Below are positions 17,406 through 27,329 of a stretch of 64,000 nt of DNA, in pieces. Source of the stretch: Planctomycetota bacterium. GTDB lineage: Bacteria > Planctomycetota > B15-G4. Below the pieces are notes generated by a model. The model was not told the DNA's origin. It saw nothing but the letters and a program-made list of their open reading frames with translations, and did not search any database. The stretch is from NCBI GenBank assembly GCA_965248575.1, contig CBDFJQ010000002.1, positions 1 through 64,000 of the forward strand, written 5' to 3'. The position numbers were made by a program, and so were the translations under genes. Each line of letters begins with the position of its first letter. The first letter of the stretch is position 1.

Positions 17406-19940
17406 ATGTCATTCGCTCTCTTGTCTCTTGTCGCCCCGGCTCTCACAGCCGCTCTCGCAGTCCCGGCGGCGACCCTGGGCCCGATCTCGGCATCCTCGAT
17501 GCCGGCTCTGGTCGCGTCGAGCCCCTCGGCGCCCGCCGCCGTCGCTCCCGCAGCTGCGGATGACTCTCCGCGCACGGTGATCCTGGGCTTCGATGGCATG
17601 GACCACGGCCTGACCCAGCGCTTCATCGACCAGGGCCTTCTGCCCAACCTGAAGAAGCTCTCGGAGCAGGGGACGTTCCAACGCCTCGAGACGAGCAACC
17701 CGGCCCAGTCCCCCGTGTCGTGGGCCGTGTTCAACACAGGAGCCAACCCGGGCAAGACGGGCGTTGGGGGTTTCGTGAGCCGCCACTTCGCGCGCAAGGA
17801 CGGCGTGCGCGCCGGCAACCCGCTGCCGCAGCCCATGTTGGGTTTCAACACCACCATCCCGGCTGATGAATTCGTGCCATTCCCCATGGCGCTCGAGCAG
17901 CCCGACCTGTTCCGGATCCTGGCGGGCCTCGTGCCCTTGCTCGTTGTCTTCCTGCTCTTCAAGTTCCTGATCAAGCTGCCGCTCGTGGTGGCGGTGCTTT
18001 TGGGATTGGGTGCGGGCTACGGCGGTTGGGCATGGTCCGTGTCGCACACGGATAATCTGCCCGCCGACGGTCAGTTGCCCTATGAGATCAACCCCATGCA
18101 GGGCACCAACTGGTGGAGCTACCTGGACACCCAGGGCGTGCGCATGACCGGCGTGCAGGTCGCGTCGACGTTTCCGCCGGACAACGAGGGTGACAACACA
18201 CGCTTGCTCTCGGGTCTCGGTGTGAAGGACATCGGCGGTTCGCCGGGCAGCTGGTTCGTCTTCACGGATGACCCGTGGTCCTGGTCCCACAGCACCGACA
18301 CGGCCGGCGGCATCGTCAAGGTGACCTTCGACCAGGAAGGGGACACGCGCGCTCTGATCGATCTGCCGGGTCCGAAGAACTGGGTCGTGGACGGGCAGTA
18401 CAAGAAGAAGCTGGCGGCCCTGAAGGAACAGGCCGGGCACCGCGACAACACCCAGTCGGAAACCGAAGCGCTGGATGCAGAGCACCGCACCCTCAAGTCC
18501 GAGTACGACAAGTGGAAGCGCTCGGACCGCGAGTCGTCGGTGCGCATCGTGGCCGACGTGGACCGCGAGGCCGGGACCCTCAGCATGGACGTCGACGGCA
18601 CGAGCTTCAGCCTGTCCCAGGGCGAGTGGAGCGAATTCATCCAGTTGGAGTACGTCTTCAACGACATGTTCAGCGCCCACGCCGTGGCGCGTTTCCACCT
18701 CATCCGTTGCGACGAGGAGGAAGTGCGCATCTTCGTTCCGCCGGTGAACATCGACCCCTACAACCCGCCCAAGCACCTGCCCATCAGCTCGCCGCCGGAG
18801 TTCTCTGCGGAGGTGGCGCATGGCATCGGCCATGCCTACGAGACCCTGGGCTGGGCGTGCATGACGAACCCGCTCAAGGACGCCGAGGACAGCAACTTCA
18901 CGGCGCAGTCCTTCATGGATGACATCGGCAGCACCATGGAACGTCGCGAGGAGATCATGGCCTGGAGCATGAACAACGCTTCGGACTGGGATGTGTACTA
19001 CCAGGTCTTCAGCACCACGGACCGCATCGGCCACATGCTCTACCGCGAGTACGACCCGCAGCATCCGCTCTACGACGAGGCCTACGCCAACTCGATGGTC
19101 ACGGCCTGGGGGCGTCAGTTCCCGCTGAAGGATGCGTTGCCGGAGGTCTACAAGGAGGCAGACCGCATCGTGGGCGGCGTCATGGACAAGATCGAGGGTG
19201 GCGAGTTGGGCGACGACTGCATGCTGTTGATCGTTGCCGACCACGGCTTCACATCCTTCCGCCGCGGCGTCAACCTGAACAACCTGCTGGCCGAACTCGG
19301 CTTCATGACCTTCAAGGACAACAAGTCCGTCAAGGAAGTGATCGCCAGCGGTCGCTCGGACCTGCTCGGCTTCGTGGATTGGAGCGAGACCCAGGCCTAC
19401 TCCATGGGGCTCGGCAAGGTGTTCATCAACCTCGAGGGGCGGGAGCCGAACGGCATCGTGAAGCCTGAGCAGTACGACTCAACGGTGGAAGCCATCCGCG
19501 CCGCCCTCAAGCAGGTCACCGATGGTGACGGTGGTCCGAAGGTCGTGACCTCCGCCACACCGCGCGGCGAACTCTTCAGTGGCCCCTGGGTCGAGGAGGG
19601 CATGGGCAAGCGCACCGCCTATGGCGTGACCAAGGATGTGGAGCACGACGGCTTCGCCGACATCTTCCTGGGCTTCGAGCCCTACTTCCGCGTGTCCTGG
19701 GCCAACACCTTGGGCGGCCTCGACAAGGAGTCCGTCATCGACAACACCAAGCACTGGTCCGGTGGGCACGTGTCGGTGGATCCCTTGCATGTGGCGGGCG
19801 TGTTCTTCTGCAACCAGAAGCTCGCTTCCCCCGCGCGCTCCAGCCTGATGGATGTGGGCCCGACGGTCTTGAAGCGCTACGGCGTCGACCTGGCCAACAC
19901 GGATGTGGACGGTGTCGTCTTGCCGTTCGCGGGGAACTGA
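17406..19940 (+). CDS. AlkP superfamily phosphodiesterase/nucleotide pyrophosphatase-like protein
   Basis: Signal peptide; motifs VILGFDGMD, SPVSW..F.TG.NPG, TDRIGH, IVADHGF and WSGGH. Confidence 0.88.
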   Translation: MSFALLSLVAPALTAALAVPAATLGPISASSMPALVASSPSAPAAVAPAAADDSPRTVILGFDGMDHGLTQRFIDQGLLPNLKKLSEQGTFQRLETSNPAQSPVSWAVFNTGANPGKTGVGGFVSRHFARKDGVRAGNPLPQPMLGFNTTIPADEFVPFPMALEQPDLFRILAGLVPLLVVFLLFKFLIKLPLVVAVLLGLGAGYGGWAWSVSHTDNLPADGQLPYEINPMQGTNWWSYLDTQGVRMTGVQVASTFPPDNEGDNTRLLSGLGVKDIGGSPGSWFVFTDDPWSWSHSTDTAGGIVKVTFDQEGDTRALIDLPGPKNWVVDGQYKKKLAALKEQAGHRDNTQSETEALDAEHRTLKSEYDKWKRSDRESSVRIVADVDREAGTLSMDVDGTSFSLSQGEWSEFIQLEYVFNDMFSAHAVARFHLIRCDEEEVRIFVPPVNIDPYNPPKHLPISSPPEFSAEVAHGIGHAYETLGWACMTNPLKDAEDSNFTAQSFMDDIGSTMERREEIMAWSMNNASDWDVYYQVFSTTDRIGHMLYREYDPQHPLYDEAYANSMVTAWGRQFPLKDALPEVYKEADRIVGGVMDKIEGGELGDDCMLLIVADHGFTSFRRGVNLNNLLAELGFMTFKDNKSVKEVIASGRSDLLGFVDWSETQAYSMGLGKVFINLEGREPNGIVKPEQYDSTVEAIRAALKQVTDGDGGPKVVTSATPRGELFSGPWVEEGMGKRTAYGVTKDVEHDGFADIFLGFEPYFRVSWANTLGGLDKESVIDNTKHWSGGHVSVDPLHVAGVFFCNQKLASPARSSLMDVGPTVLKRYGVDLANTDVDGVVLPFAGN

Positions 19941-19942
19941 TC

Positions 19943-20980
19943 GTGAGCCTGCACCTGGTCACGGGCGGTACGGGCTACCTCGGGCGGCATCTCGTCGCCA
20001 AGCTCATGGCGGAGGGCCGCAACGTGCGGGCCTTGGTTCGTCCGGGCAGCTCGCGCGACGGCCTGGACGGGGCCGAGGTCGTGGAGGGCGATATCACCGA
20101 TGCCTCCGCCTTGGAGCGTGCCCTGGATGGCGCTTCGCGGGTCTTCCACGTCGCGGCGGAGACACGGGATGGCCAGGCGGCTGAACTTTACGACGCCGTG
20201 AACCACGCGGCGGTCACGCGCTTCCTGGAGCTCGCGGCGGCCAAGGGGGTCGAGCGCTTCGTGCACACCTCGCACTACTTCGCCATCGGCCGCTCGGGTG
20301 AGCCGCGCTCGGCTGAGGACTTCGTGAACAGCGAGTACTGGACGCACAGTCCGGACGACATGCACGACGCCCATGAGTTGAGCAAGTACGACGCCGAGAA
20401 CTCCCTGAACCAACGGGTCTCGCTTGGTGAGCCCGTGCTGGCGGTGATCCCCACCATGATGTACGGGCCGCAGTTGGGCACAGTGAACGGCCTCTCGGAT
20501 CTGAGATCGGGCAACCGCATCGTGCGTCTGCTGGCAGAGCACGCTGCCGGCCAGTACCCCGGCATTCCTGGCGACGGGACCCAGCTCTGGAACCTCGTCC
20601 ACGTCGAGGATGTGGCGGCCGCACACATGGCAGTCATGGACGCCGAGGACCTGGGTGGCTGGCCTCCCCCTCGTTGGGGGCATTGGCACTACATCGCGGG
20701 TGGCGAGAATGTGCGCGCCGCCGAGCTGTTCGCAGCCTTCTCCAAGTTGGCAGGCGTGGCGCCTCCCAAGTGCGTGAAGAAGCAGGGAGGACTCTTCGGG
20801 AAGCTCCTGGGGGGCGGCCAGGATGGTCGCAGCAAGGAACGATTCGCCATGGACAGCCATGCCTGGGCCTATTCCTCCGAGCTGGGTCGGGAAGACTGGG
20901 GCTACAGCGCGCGTCCCTTCCAGGAAGGTCTGGAGCAGACCGTGTCCTGGATGCGAACCTCCGGTCTCCTGCCGTCCTGA
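19943..20980 (+). CDS. NAD-dependent epimerase/dehydratase (extended SDR)
   Basis: Motifs LVTGGTGYLG, GDITD, VFHVAA and VHVEDVAAAH. The YxxxK motif appears as HELSK. Confidence 0.88.
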   Translation: MSLHLVTGGTGYLGRHLVAKLMAEGRNVRALVRPGSSRDGLDGAEVVEGDITDASALERALDGASRVFHVAAETRDGQAAELYDAVNHAAVTRFLELAAAKGVERFVHTSHYFAIGRSGEPRSAEDFVNSEYWTHSPDDMHDAHELSKYDAENSLNQRVSLGEPVLAVIPTMMYGPQLGTVNGLSDLRSGNRIVRLLAEHAAGQYPGIPGDGTQLWNLVHVEDVAAAHMAVMDAEDLGGWPPPRWGHWHYIAGGENVRAAELFAAFSKLAGVAPPKCVKKQGGLFGKLLGGGQDGRSKERFAMDSHAWAYSSELGREDWGYSARPFQEGLEQTVSWMRTSGLLPS

Positions 20981-21075
20981 TGCACTTGTTGGTCCACTTG
21001 TTGTTTCCACGGGCGCGCTCGGCGCGACCCTGCGGGACGAAACCTCACGAGCAGCACGTCCAAGGGGGCGATCCC

Positions 21076-22200
21076 ATGAGTCCACGCCATTCCAGCCCAC
21101 TCATCGCTCGTGCCCTGTTGGCAGCCTGCCTGTGTGTGGTGGTCCTCCCGGCCTGTGCCAACCCCGCTGGCAAGGCGCCCGAAGCAGGGCATGCAGGCCA
21201 CTCGGCGCAGGTCCTGGCCGGCGAGAGTGACTCTGCGGTGAACACGCCCTATGCCGGCTTTGCCCGGAGACGGGTGGAAGCGCTGGGTGTCGAACTGGGA
21301 GGGCTCGTCAAGCAGACGATCCAGCACGCACGCCAGGTGCGCGGTGATCTCGAAGCCGAGCTGGCGGCCATGGAGCCTCCGGAGCGCCTGGGCTCGGACG
21401 ATCGCACCATCCGCAACTGGCAGGTCGCGGAGGGCAAGCAGCATCAGCAGGCGGTGAGCGAGTTGTACGAAGCCAGCATCAAGATCCTCGAGGACCTCGA
21501 GACGGAGGCCCTCGCCCAGGCGGTGGCCATGGCAGAGGGACTTGTGGGCAAGCGCTCGCCCATGGACGACGGGCCGACCGGCGACGTGACGGTCGATCAG
21601 ACCATCACGAGCTTCGAGGAGACCCTGCGGGCCGAGGTGGGGCTGAACGAGTTGCGGGCCCGGGCGCAGCGCGACGCCATTTCTTCCATCGATCTCGTGC
21701 AGGTGTTCACGACCTTCGCGGTGGCCGACGCCGACGAGCTGCTCGGCGGGCGCATGGTGTTGTTCATTGGCGGGGAACCCGGCACCGAATCTCCCCATGT
21801 GAAGCTCGTGCTCAAGGGCCAAGAGGCCGTCCCCCAGAACGTCCGTGTCCTGCAGGCGGTTCGCCACCGCGTCTTCCGCGGGAACACCATCGCCCAGGAC
21901 CTGGGCTGGCAGAAGATGCCCCGGGGGCCGCAGATCTCGGAGCACGAGATGTCCCTCATCGTAGGCAACATCGAACCGCGCCTGGACACCACAGCCGAGG
22001 CCTTCCGCTCCCTGTATGACATGCGGGTGGTTTCGGATCTCCAGACCGTGATCGTGCAGAACCAGAAGGTCCTGGGCGGCGTGGACTGGCGCATCGAGTT
22101 CCGGGTGACCACGAGAGGTGTGGTGAGCTGGCAGGTCCAGGGCACGCCGAAGTTCAACGCGGAGTGCGTCGAAGCCCGGGGCGCCTTCGGCCAGCTCTAG
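21076..22200 (+). CDS. Hypothetical lipoprotein
   Basis: RBS-like AAGGGGG; ATG at 21076; signal peptide ending LPAC; GC3-rich codon pattern. Confidence 0.7.
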   Translation: MSPRHSSPLIARALLAACLCVVVLPACANPAGKAPEAGHAGHSAQVLAGESDSAVNTPYAGFARRRVEALGVELGGLVKQTIQHARQVRGDLEAELAAMEPPERLGSDDRTIRNWQVAEGKQHQQAVSELYEASIKILEDLETEALAQAVAMAEGLVGKRSPMDDGPTGDVTVDQTITSFEETLRAEVGLNELRARAQRDAISSIDLVQVFTTFAVADADELLGGRMVLFIGGEPGTESPHVKLVLKGQEAVPQNVRVLQAVRHRVFRGNTIAQDLGWQKMPRGPQISEHEMSLIVGNIEPRLDTTAEAFRSLYDMRVVSDLQTVIVQNQKVLGGVDWRIEFRVTTRGVVSWQVQGTPKFNAECVEARGAFGQL

Positions 22201-22250
22201 TTCGGAGCGAGGTCGCAGGCAGGTCGTGGTAGCGCATGCAGCGGGCGGCC

Positions 22251-25241
22251 CTAGACGACGAGCCGCTCCCAGCGCGAGCGCGTTGCCGCCGTGGTCTCCT
22301 CGAGCGCCGACAGGAAGAGGTGGCCCGCATCGCCTTCCGCCGTGTCCGCGAAGCCGAGCCGCAGGGCGAGCTTGCGCAGGGCTGCGGAGTCGGCGGGAAC
22401 CTCCTTCGTGTCGAGGCCCAGGGCGATCTGCAGCCGGGTTTCCACGCGCCGGAAGAAGAGATAGGTGTCCTCCAACCAGCGCGCTTCCTCGGGCGAGATG
22501 GCGCCGTGGTCCGCGAGCATCTCCAGGGCCCGCGGTGTCTCCTGCACCAGGACAGCGGGCTGGGCCGCGGCGTTCTTCAGCTGCAGGAACTGGGTCAGCT
22601 GCTCGATGTCCACCATGCCGCCCGTGCCTCGCTTGAGGTCGTGGCCATGAGCCTTGGCTGCGATCTTGTCGCGCATGGTGCGCATGTCGCTGGCCAGGGT
22701 GTCCGGCAGCTGCAGCTTGCGAAGGGTGGCGCGGATCGAGGCCAGGATTCGTTGGCCGAGGGCTGCATCGCCGGCCACCACTCGCGCCTTGAGCATCGCC
22801 TGGTGTTCGAACAGGGCTGCCCGCGGTGAGCGGTAGTAGGCATCGAAGGCGCGCAGGCTGGTGACGAGCGGGCCGGCGTTCCCTTCGGGGCGCAAGCGGG
22901 CGTCCATCTTGTAGAGCCGCGGGCCGTTGCGCGACCCGCCCAGGTGAGCCATGAACTCCCCGGCCACCTTGGAGAAGAAGACGTTGTTGGCCATGCCCCG
23001 GTCCGTCTTGCCGTCGCCGCTGTAGACGAAGAGCACATCGGCGTCGCTGCCGTAGTTGGCTTCGAGGCCGCCGACCTTGCCAAGGGCGATGACGATCATG
23101 TGTGCCGGAACCTTGGCGGAGATGCCGCGAATAGTGAGGGGAACGCCGTGCTCGGCCTGGGCGCCTTCGATCACCAGCTCGTAGGCCCGGCGCAGGATGT
23201 CGATGCAGAGATGACTGAGTTCTGCCAGCACGGCGGGCGTCTGGATGTCGCCCGAGAGGTCACGCACACCCGTGTGCAGGGTCTCGAGTTTCTTGTAGTC
23301 CGAGAGGGCGACCCAGGGGTCGGCGTGCATCTGCGCCAGGTGTTCCCGGCGCCGACGTCTGCCACGCATGCCGGTGCTCAGCGCGTCCATGAAGGCGTCG
23401 ATGAGCTGCGGCTCGTGTTCCAGCAGCTCCGCCAGATGAGGTGAGCCTTCGGCGAGATGGCACAGCTTGTCGAGCAAGGTCGGGTCTTCGAGCAACTGTT
23501 CGTAGAGGATCTCCCGCGCGCCCACACCCCGGGTCATGCGTTCGAAACGATCCAAGGCCGCGTCGGGGTCGCCCGTCACCGAGAGCCGTTCCAGGAGTCC
23601 GGACGCCACGTTGGCGAAGCTCGACGCGAGACGCGGGCTGTCCGGCAGGAAACGCGAGACCGGCTTGGAGGCTCGCCGCAGCACCGCCAGGCATGCCTTC
23701 GGGTCTTGGAAGCCGAGATCCAGGAGGGCCTCGTTGAAGGCTCCCTCGTCGGGTTCGGCGGCCAGCAACAAATGGGGGATGCGCGCGCTGGCTCCCTCGC
23801 TATGGGGGAAGGCGTTGTGGAAGTGTCGTTCGAAGATCCCGCGCACCCGGTTGCGGTGTTCATCCAGCTCGGCTTCGAAGCTGGCGACGTCCTTGATCCC
23901 CATCAGCCGTGACAGGGGGCCCCGGTCCACTGGCAGGCGGTGGGTCTGCACGCGGTGCATCACCTGCAGCAGGTTTTCGACACGCCGATGAAAGAGATAC
24001 GCCGTACGCAGTCGCGCGGTCTCGAGGCTCGTGAGGGCATCCGCCAAGCGCAAGCGCTCCAGGCCATGCAAGGTGGAGTTGCACAGCAGCCACGGGTTCT
24101 TCGACGCGTGCACCAACGCCAGGAATTGGGCGATGGTCTCGATGTCGCGGATGCCGCCCGGCGCTTGCTTCACATCCGTGCCCTCATGGGCATCGGTGCG
24201 GTAGTGGTCTTCCGTAGCGGTCTTGAGTCGCTTGAATTGACGCACGGCTCCGGCGTCCATGCCGCAGTCCAACGTCCACTGCCGGGTACCCTGCAAGAAG
24301 GATTCGCCGGCTCCCTGCTCTTCGTCGTCCTGGACAGACTCCATGATGACGCGCCCCTTGGTGAGCATCTGGCGCTCCCAGGGCCTGCCCATGCCGCGGT
24401 AGTACTCGAGGCAGCTGCTGACGGTGCGCGTCAGGGTGCCTGTGGCTCCCTCCGGGCGCAGGCGCATGTCCACCCGATAGAGGTGGCCGTCGGCCGTCTG
24501 GCGCCCGATGAGCTTGACGAGACGGCGGGCCACATCATCGGCGACCGCCTGGTCAGCGGCACCCTCCGGGCGAACGAAGATGAGATCGATGTCGCTGCTG
24601 TAGTTCAGCTCCAGGCCACCGAGTTTGCCCAAGCCGATTACGGCAAAGTGACGTTCGGCGTTCAGCCCTGCGCAGGCCCCGGCGATGACTGCATCGGCGA
24701 GGCGTGACAGCAGGATGGTCGTCTGTTCGACGTCGAGCTGGCCCACGAGGTTCTGCCAGGCGATGGCCAGCAGATCCTCTTGCTGCGCAAGCCGCAGTGC
24801 CTGCTCGCGGTTATCACCGGCGCCCGCCGCCCGGTAGCGCTCGCTGGCGGTCGCCGGGTCAAACGCACCTCCGAGGGTGCTCAGCAACTCGGGTCGGCTG
24901 ATGAGCAGGTCGGCCATGTGTTGGCTGGCACCCAGGAAGGCCGTGAGCTCGGCTGCAGGGACTGGGCTGGCTGGTCGCTCTGAGTGGCCTAGCAGGCGTG
25001 CACAGTTGTTGAGGGCGCGTGCGGGGTCCGCGGCGGCAACGCAGCCCACCAAGAGGGTTCCGACCTCTGCCTCGAGGTCGTCGGACTGGATCAGGTGGTC
25101 GAGAGCACTGCGGGCAGCGTCGGGGTCTTCAAAGCCTGCTTGGCGCAGGGCCTCGCGGCAGCCGCTTTCATCGAGCACGCCACCGGCACGGTCCCTGGCG
25201 ATGCGCGTCACCAAGGTCTCTTCGTCTTCGCGGCGGCTCAT
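22251..25241 (-). CDS. glnE: Bifunctional glutamine synthetase adenylyltransferase/deadenylase
   Basis: Two NTase domains: GLGKLGGLELNYSSDIDL..RVDMRLRPEG..WERQ and ALGKVGG.E.NYGSDAD..DARLRPEG. ATG overlaps the upstream stop (ATGA). Confidence 0.95.
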   Translation of the reverse strand: MSRREDEETLVTRIARDRAGGVLDESGCREALRQAGFEDPDAARSALDHLIQSDDLEAEVGTLLVGCVAAADPARALNNCARLLGHSERPASPVPAAELTAFLGASQHMADLLISRPELLSTLGGAFDPATASERYRAAGAGDNREQALRLAQQEDLLAIAWQNLVGQLDVEQTTILLSRLADAVIAGACAGLNAERHFAVIGLGKLGGLELNYSSDIDLIFVRPEGAADQAVADDVARRLVKLIGRQTADGHLYRVDMRLRPEGATGTLTRTVSSCLEYYRGMGRPWERQMLTKGRVIMESVQDDEEQGAGESFLQGTRQWTLDCGMDAGAVRQFKRLKTATEDHYRTDAHEGTDVKQAPGGIRDIETIAQFLALVHASKNPWLLCNSTLHGLERLRLADALTSLETARLRTAYLFHRRVENLLQVMHRVQTHRLPVDRGPLSRLMGIKDVASFEAELDEHRNRVRGIFERHFHNAFPHSEGASARIPHLLLAAEPDEGAFNEALLDLGFQDPKACLAVLRRASKPVSRFLPDSPRLASSFANVASGLLERLSVTGDPDAALDRFERMTRGVGAREILYEQLLEDPTLLDKLCHLAEGSPHLAELLEHEPQLIDAFMDALSTGMRGRRRRREHLAQMHADPWVALSDYKKLETLHTGVRDLSGDIQTPAVLAELSHLCIDILRRAYELVIEGAQAEHGVPLTIRGISAKVPAHMIVIALGKVGGLEANYGSDADVLFVYSGDGKTDRGMANNVFFSKVAGEFMAHLGGSRNGPRLYKMDARLRPEGNAGPLVTSLRAFDAYYRSPRAALFEHQAMLKARVVAGDAALGQRILASIRATLRKLQLPDTLASDMRTMRDKIAAKAHGHDLKRGTGGMVDIEQLTQFLQLKNAAAQPAVLVQETPRALEMLADHGAISPEEARWLEDTYLFFRRVETRLQIALGLDTKEVPADSAALRKLALRLGFADTAEGDAGHLFLSALEETTAATRSRWERLVV

Positions 25242-26275
25242 GGTTCTGACAGCGCCGAGCTGTCCGGTGTGCGCAACAGCTCGACGGCTTCGGCCATGAC
25301 CGACTCCACCTCCAGCCGGCGCATGCAGATTGTGTCGCTGCAGCGGCGCAGGGTGCACGGGCTGCAGGAGACCCCCGAGCGAACCACGCGCGAGCGGTCG
25401 TAGTAGGGGCCCGTCACCGCAGGGTCTTTTGGTCCGTACAGGCCGATCACCGGAGTCCCCAGGGCGTTGGCAAGGTGCAAGGGAAGCGAGTCGGCGGCCA
25501 CGAGCAAGTCTGCTTCGCGCAGTGCGTCGGCGAGCTCACCCAAGCCGGCGGTGCGCAATGCCTGCGCAGGGGCGTGCATGCCGCGTAGCACGGCGCGCAC
25601 CAGGTCTTGTTCGTCGGGCCCGCCGCTCACGAAGAGCTCGGCGCCCAACTCACGGACCAGGCGATCTCCCAACAATGAGAAGCGTTCCGCTGGCCAGCGC
25701 TTGAGCAGCCCGAAGGCACTCGTGCCGGGGTGCAGCACCACGCACGGTCGCTCCCGCGCGCCCGTGGCGACCGATGCTTGCGAGGAAGACTGGCCCAGGG
25801 GCACCAGCGGGCGCGGGGCCGGCAAGCTGGCTTGGATGCCCAGCAGCGAGAGGATGCGAAGGTTGCTTGCGACGCGGTGCTTGGCCGTTGCCGGCGGCAG
25901 GAAACGCTCAGTGAGAGCTCGCTGGGCTCCCTCCTTGGCCATGGGCAGGTCGAAGCCGATCTTGCGCGGCGCCCTGAGGCACATGAGTTGCACGCGGCTC
26001 TTGAGGTTGCCCTGGAGGTCCAGGACCACGTCGTCCCGTCGGGCGCGCAGCATGCGGGCGTGGGCTGGCCATCGGGCCCGGTTCCGGCGGGGAAAGACCA
26101 GGACCTCGTGCAGCCCGGGCAGGTCCCGCACCAGTGCGGCTGCCCGATCCTCCACGAGCCAAGAAACGCGCTCAGCCTTGCCGCTGGCGATCAGGGCTTG
26201 CACCGCAGGGAGAGCGAAGAGCACATCGCCCAAGGCGGACAGCCGCACAACGAGGAGGGACGCGAACTCTGTCAC
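25238..26275 (-). CDS. Glycosyltransferase family 9 (LPS heptosyltransferase)
   Basis: Motifs LVVRLSALGDV, DLQGNLKS, HPGTS...KRWP and DS.PLHLA.A.G.P..GLYGP. Confidence 0.93.
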   Translation of the reverse strand: MTEFASLLVVRLSALGDVLFALPAVQALIASGKAERVSWLVEDRAAALVRDLPGLHEVLVFPRRNRARWPAHARMLRARRDDVVLDLQGNLKSRVQLMCLRAPRKIGFDLPMAKEGAQRALTERFLPPATAKHRVASNLRILSLLGIQASLPAPRPLVPLGQSSSQASVATGARERPCVVLHPGTSAFGLLKRWPAERFSLLGDRLVRELGAELFVSGGPDEQDLVRAVLRGMHAPAQALRTAGLGELADALREADLLVAADSLPLHLANALGTPVIGLYGPKDPAVTGPYYDRSRVVRSGVSCSPCTLRRCSDTICMRRLEVESVMAEAVELLRTPDSSALSEP

Positions 26276-26365
26276 CCGGGCAGGCTAGCAGCGCCGGCCG
26301 GGGGTCTCCAGTGCCGTACTGGCCTCTCCGTTGGATCGGAGGCCCCGGTGCGCCACCATGTGTCC

Positions 26366-27295
26366 ATGAGCGCCCTGTCCCTCACCGCCGACTTGGCAAA
26401 GACCCATGAGATCCTGTCTCGTGGGTCGGTGCAGCTGCTCGTGCGTCGGGATTGGAAGCAGGCTCTTCCCGTTGAGCAGATGCTCGCAGGAGTGCCTCTG
26501 TCCGAGTGGGGGCGCCCCGTGCCGCACCAGCTCGTGGGCCGTGGCTCCGTGCATGTCCTGGAGACCGCGATGGGAGAGATCGTCGCCAAGGCCTACAGCC
26601 GGGGCGGTGTGATCGGTGCGCTGCTGCGTCATTGGTACGCGGATGCCGAGCGGCCCTTGCGCGAGGCGGCAGTGGCGGAGGAACTCCTGCGGCGTGGATG
26701 TGCCACGCCACCGATCGTGGCGGCCCGGGTCACGCGTGTCCCCAGCGGGTTGTATCGGTTGCAGATCGCCTCGGCGCGGGTGGCCGGGGCTCGCGACCTG
26801 CTGGATGTCCTGCGGGCTGCACATGGGGCGGAGCCTAGGGCCAGCGGGGTCGGTGTGGGTGAATCCGAGGAGCCCTTTCCGTGGGCCTCCCTCGGCCAGC
26901 GGGTGGGAGCGACCTTGCGCGCCGTCCACGACGCGGGCCTGCATCACCGCGACCTGCAGGTGAAGAATCTGCTCGTGCCTCTGGGGGTGGGCCAGCTGAC
27001 GGTCCTCGATCTGGATCGATGCGAACTGAGAGCACCGCCGGATCAGACCACACGAGTCCAGGCCTTGGCGCGCTTCGCCCGCTCGCTCGTGAAGAACGCA
27101 CTGCTCCCCGGCGCGTCCGGAGGGCGTTGCCACCCAGGCATGCTCGCTGCCTTGCGTGCCTTCGTGACGGCCTACTGTGCTTCGGGGGCCGAGCTGGGGA
27201 GTCGAGCGGCCTTGTCTCGGGCCGTGCGGGTGCGGCTTGCGAGGAGCTTGCGCCGTCACGAGATGCTCTGGGACGGCAAGAACGCGCGAGGCTAA
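26366..27295 (+). CDS. Kdo kinase / LPS kinase (KdkA-InaA family)
   Basis: Motifs GRG.V, KAYSRGG, H.AGLHHRDLQVKNLL and LDLDR; divergent from the GT9 gene. Confidence 0.82.
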   Translation: MSALSLTADLAKTHEILSRGSVQLLVRRDWKQALPVEQMLAGVPLSEWGRPVPHQLVGRGSVHVLETAMGEIVAKAYSRGGVIGALLRHWYADAERPLREAAVAEELLRRGCATPPIVAARVTRVPSGLYRLQIASARVAGARDLLDVLRAAHGAEPRASGVGVGESEEPFPWASLGQRVGATLRAVHDAGLHHRDLQVKNLLVPLGVGQLTVLDLDRCELRAPPDQTTRVQALARFARSLVKNALLPGASGGRCHPGMLAALRAFVTAYCASGAELGSRAALSRAVRVRLARSLRRHEMLWDGKNARG

Positions 27296-27329
27296 AGCGC
27301 CTTTCTCGACGCCCCGCTGGCCCGCGGGC

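Noticed and set aside
17409..19244. Long antisense ORFs (611 aa here; also 37043-38863, 43239-44543, 52625-53764, 57271-58386)
   Set aside because: They are mirror-frame shadows of GC3-biased genes with no recognisable motifs.
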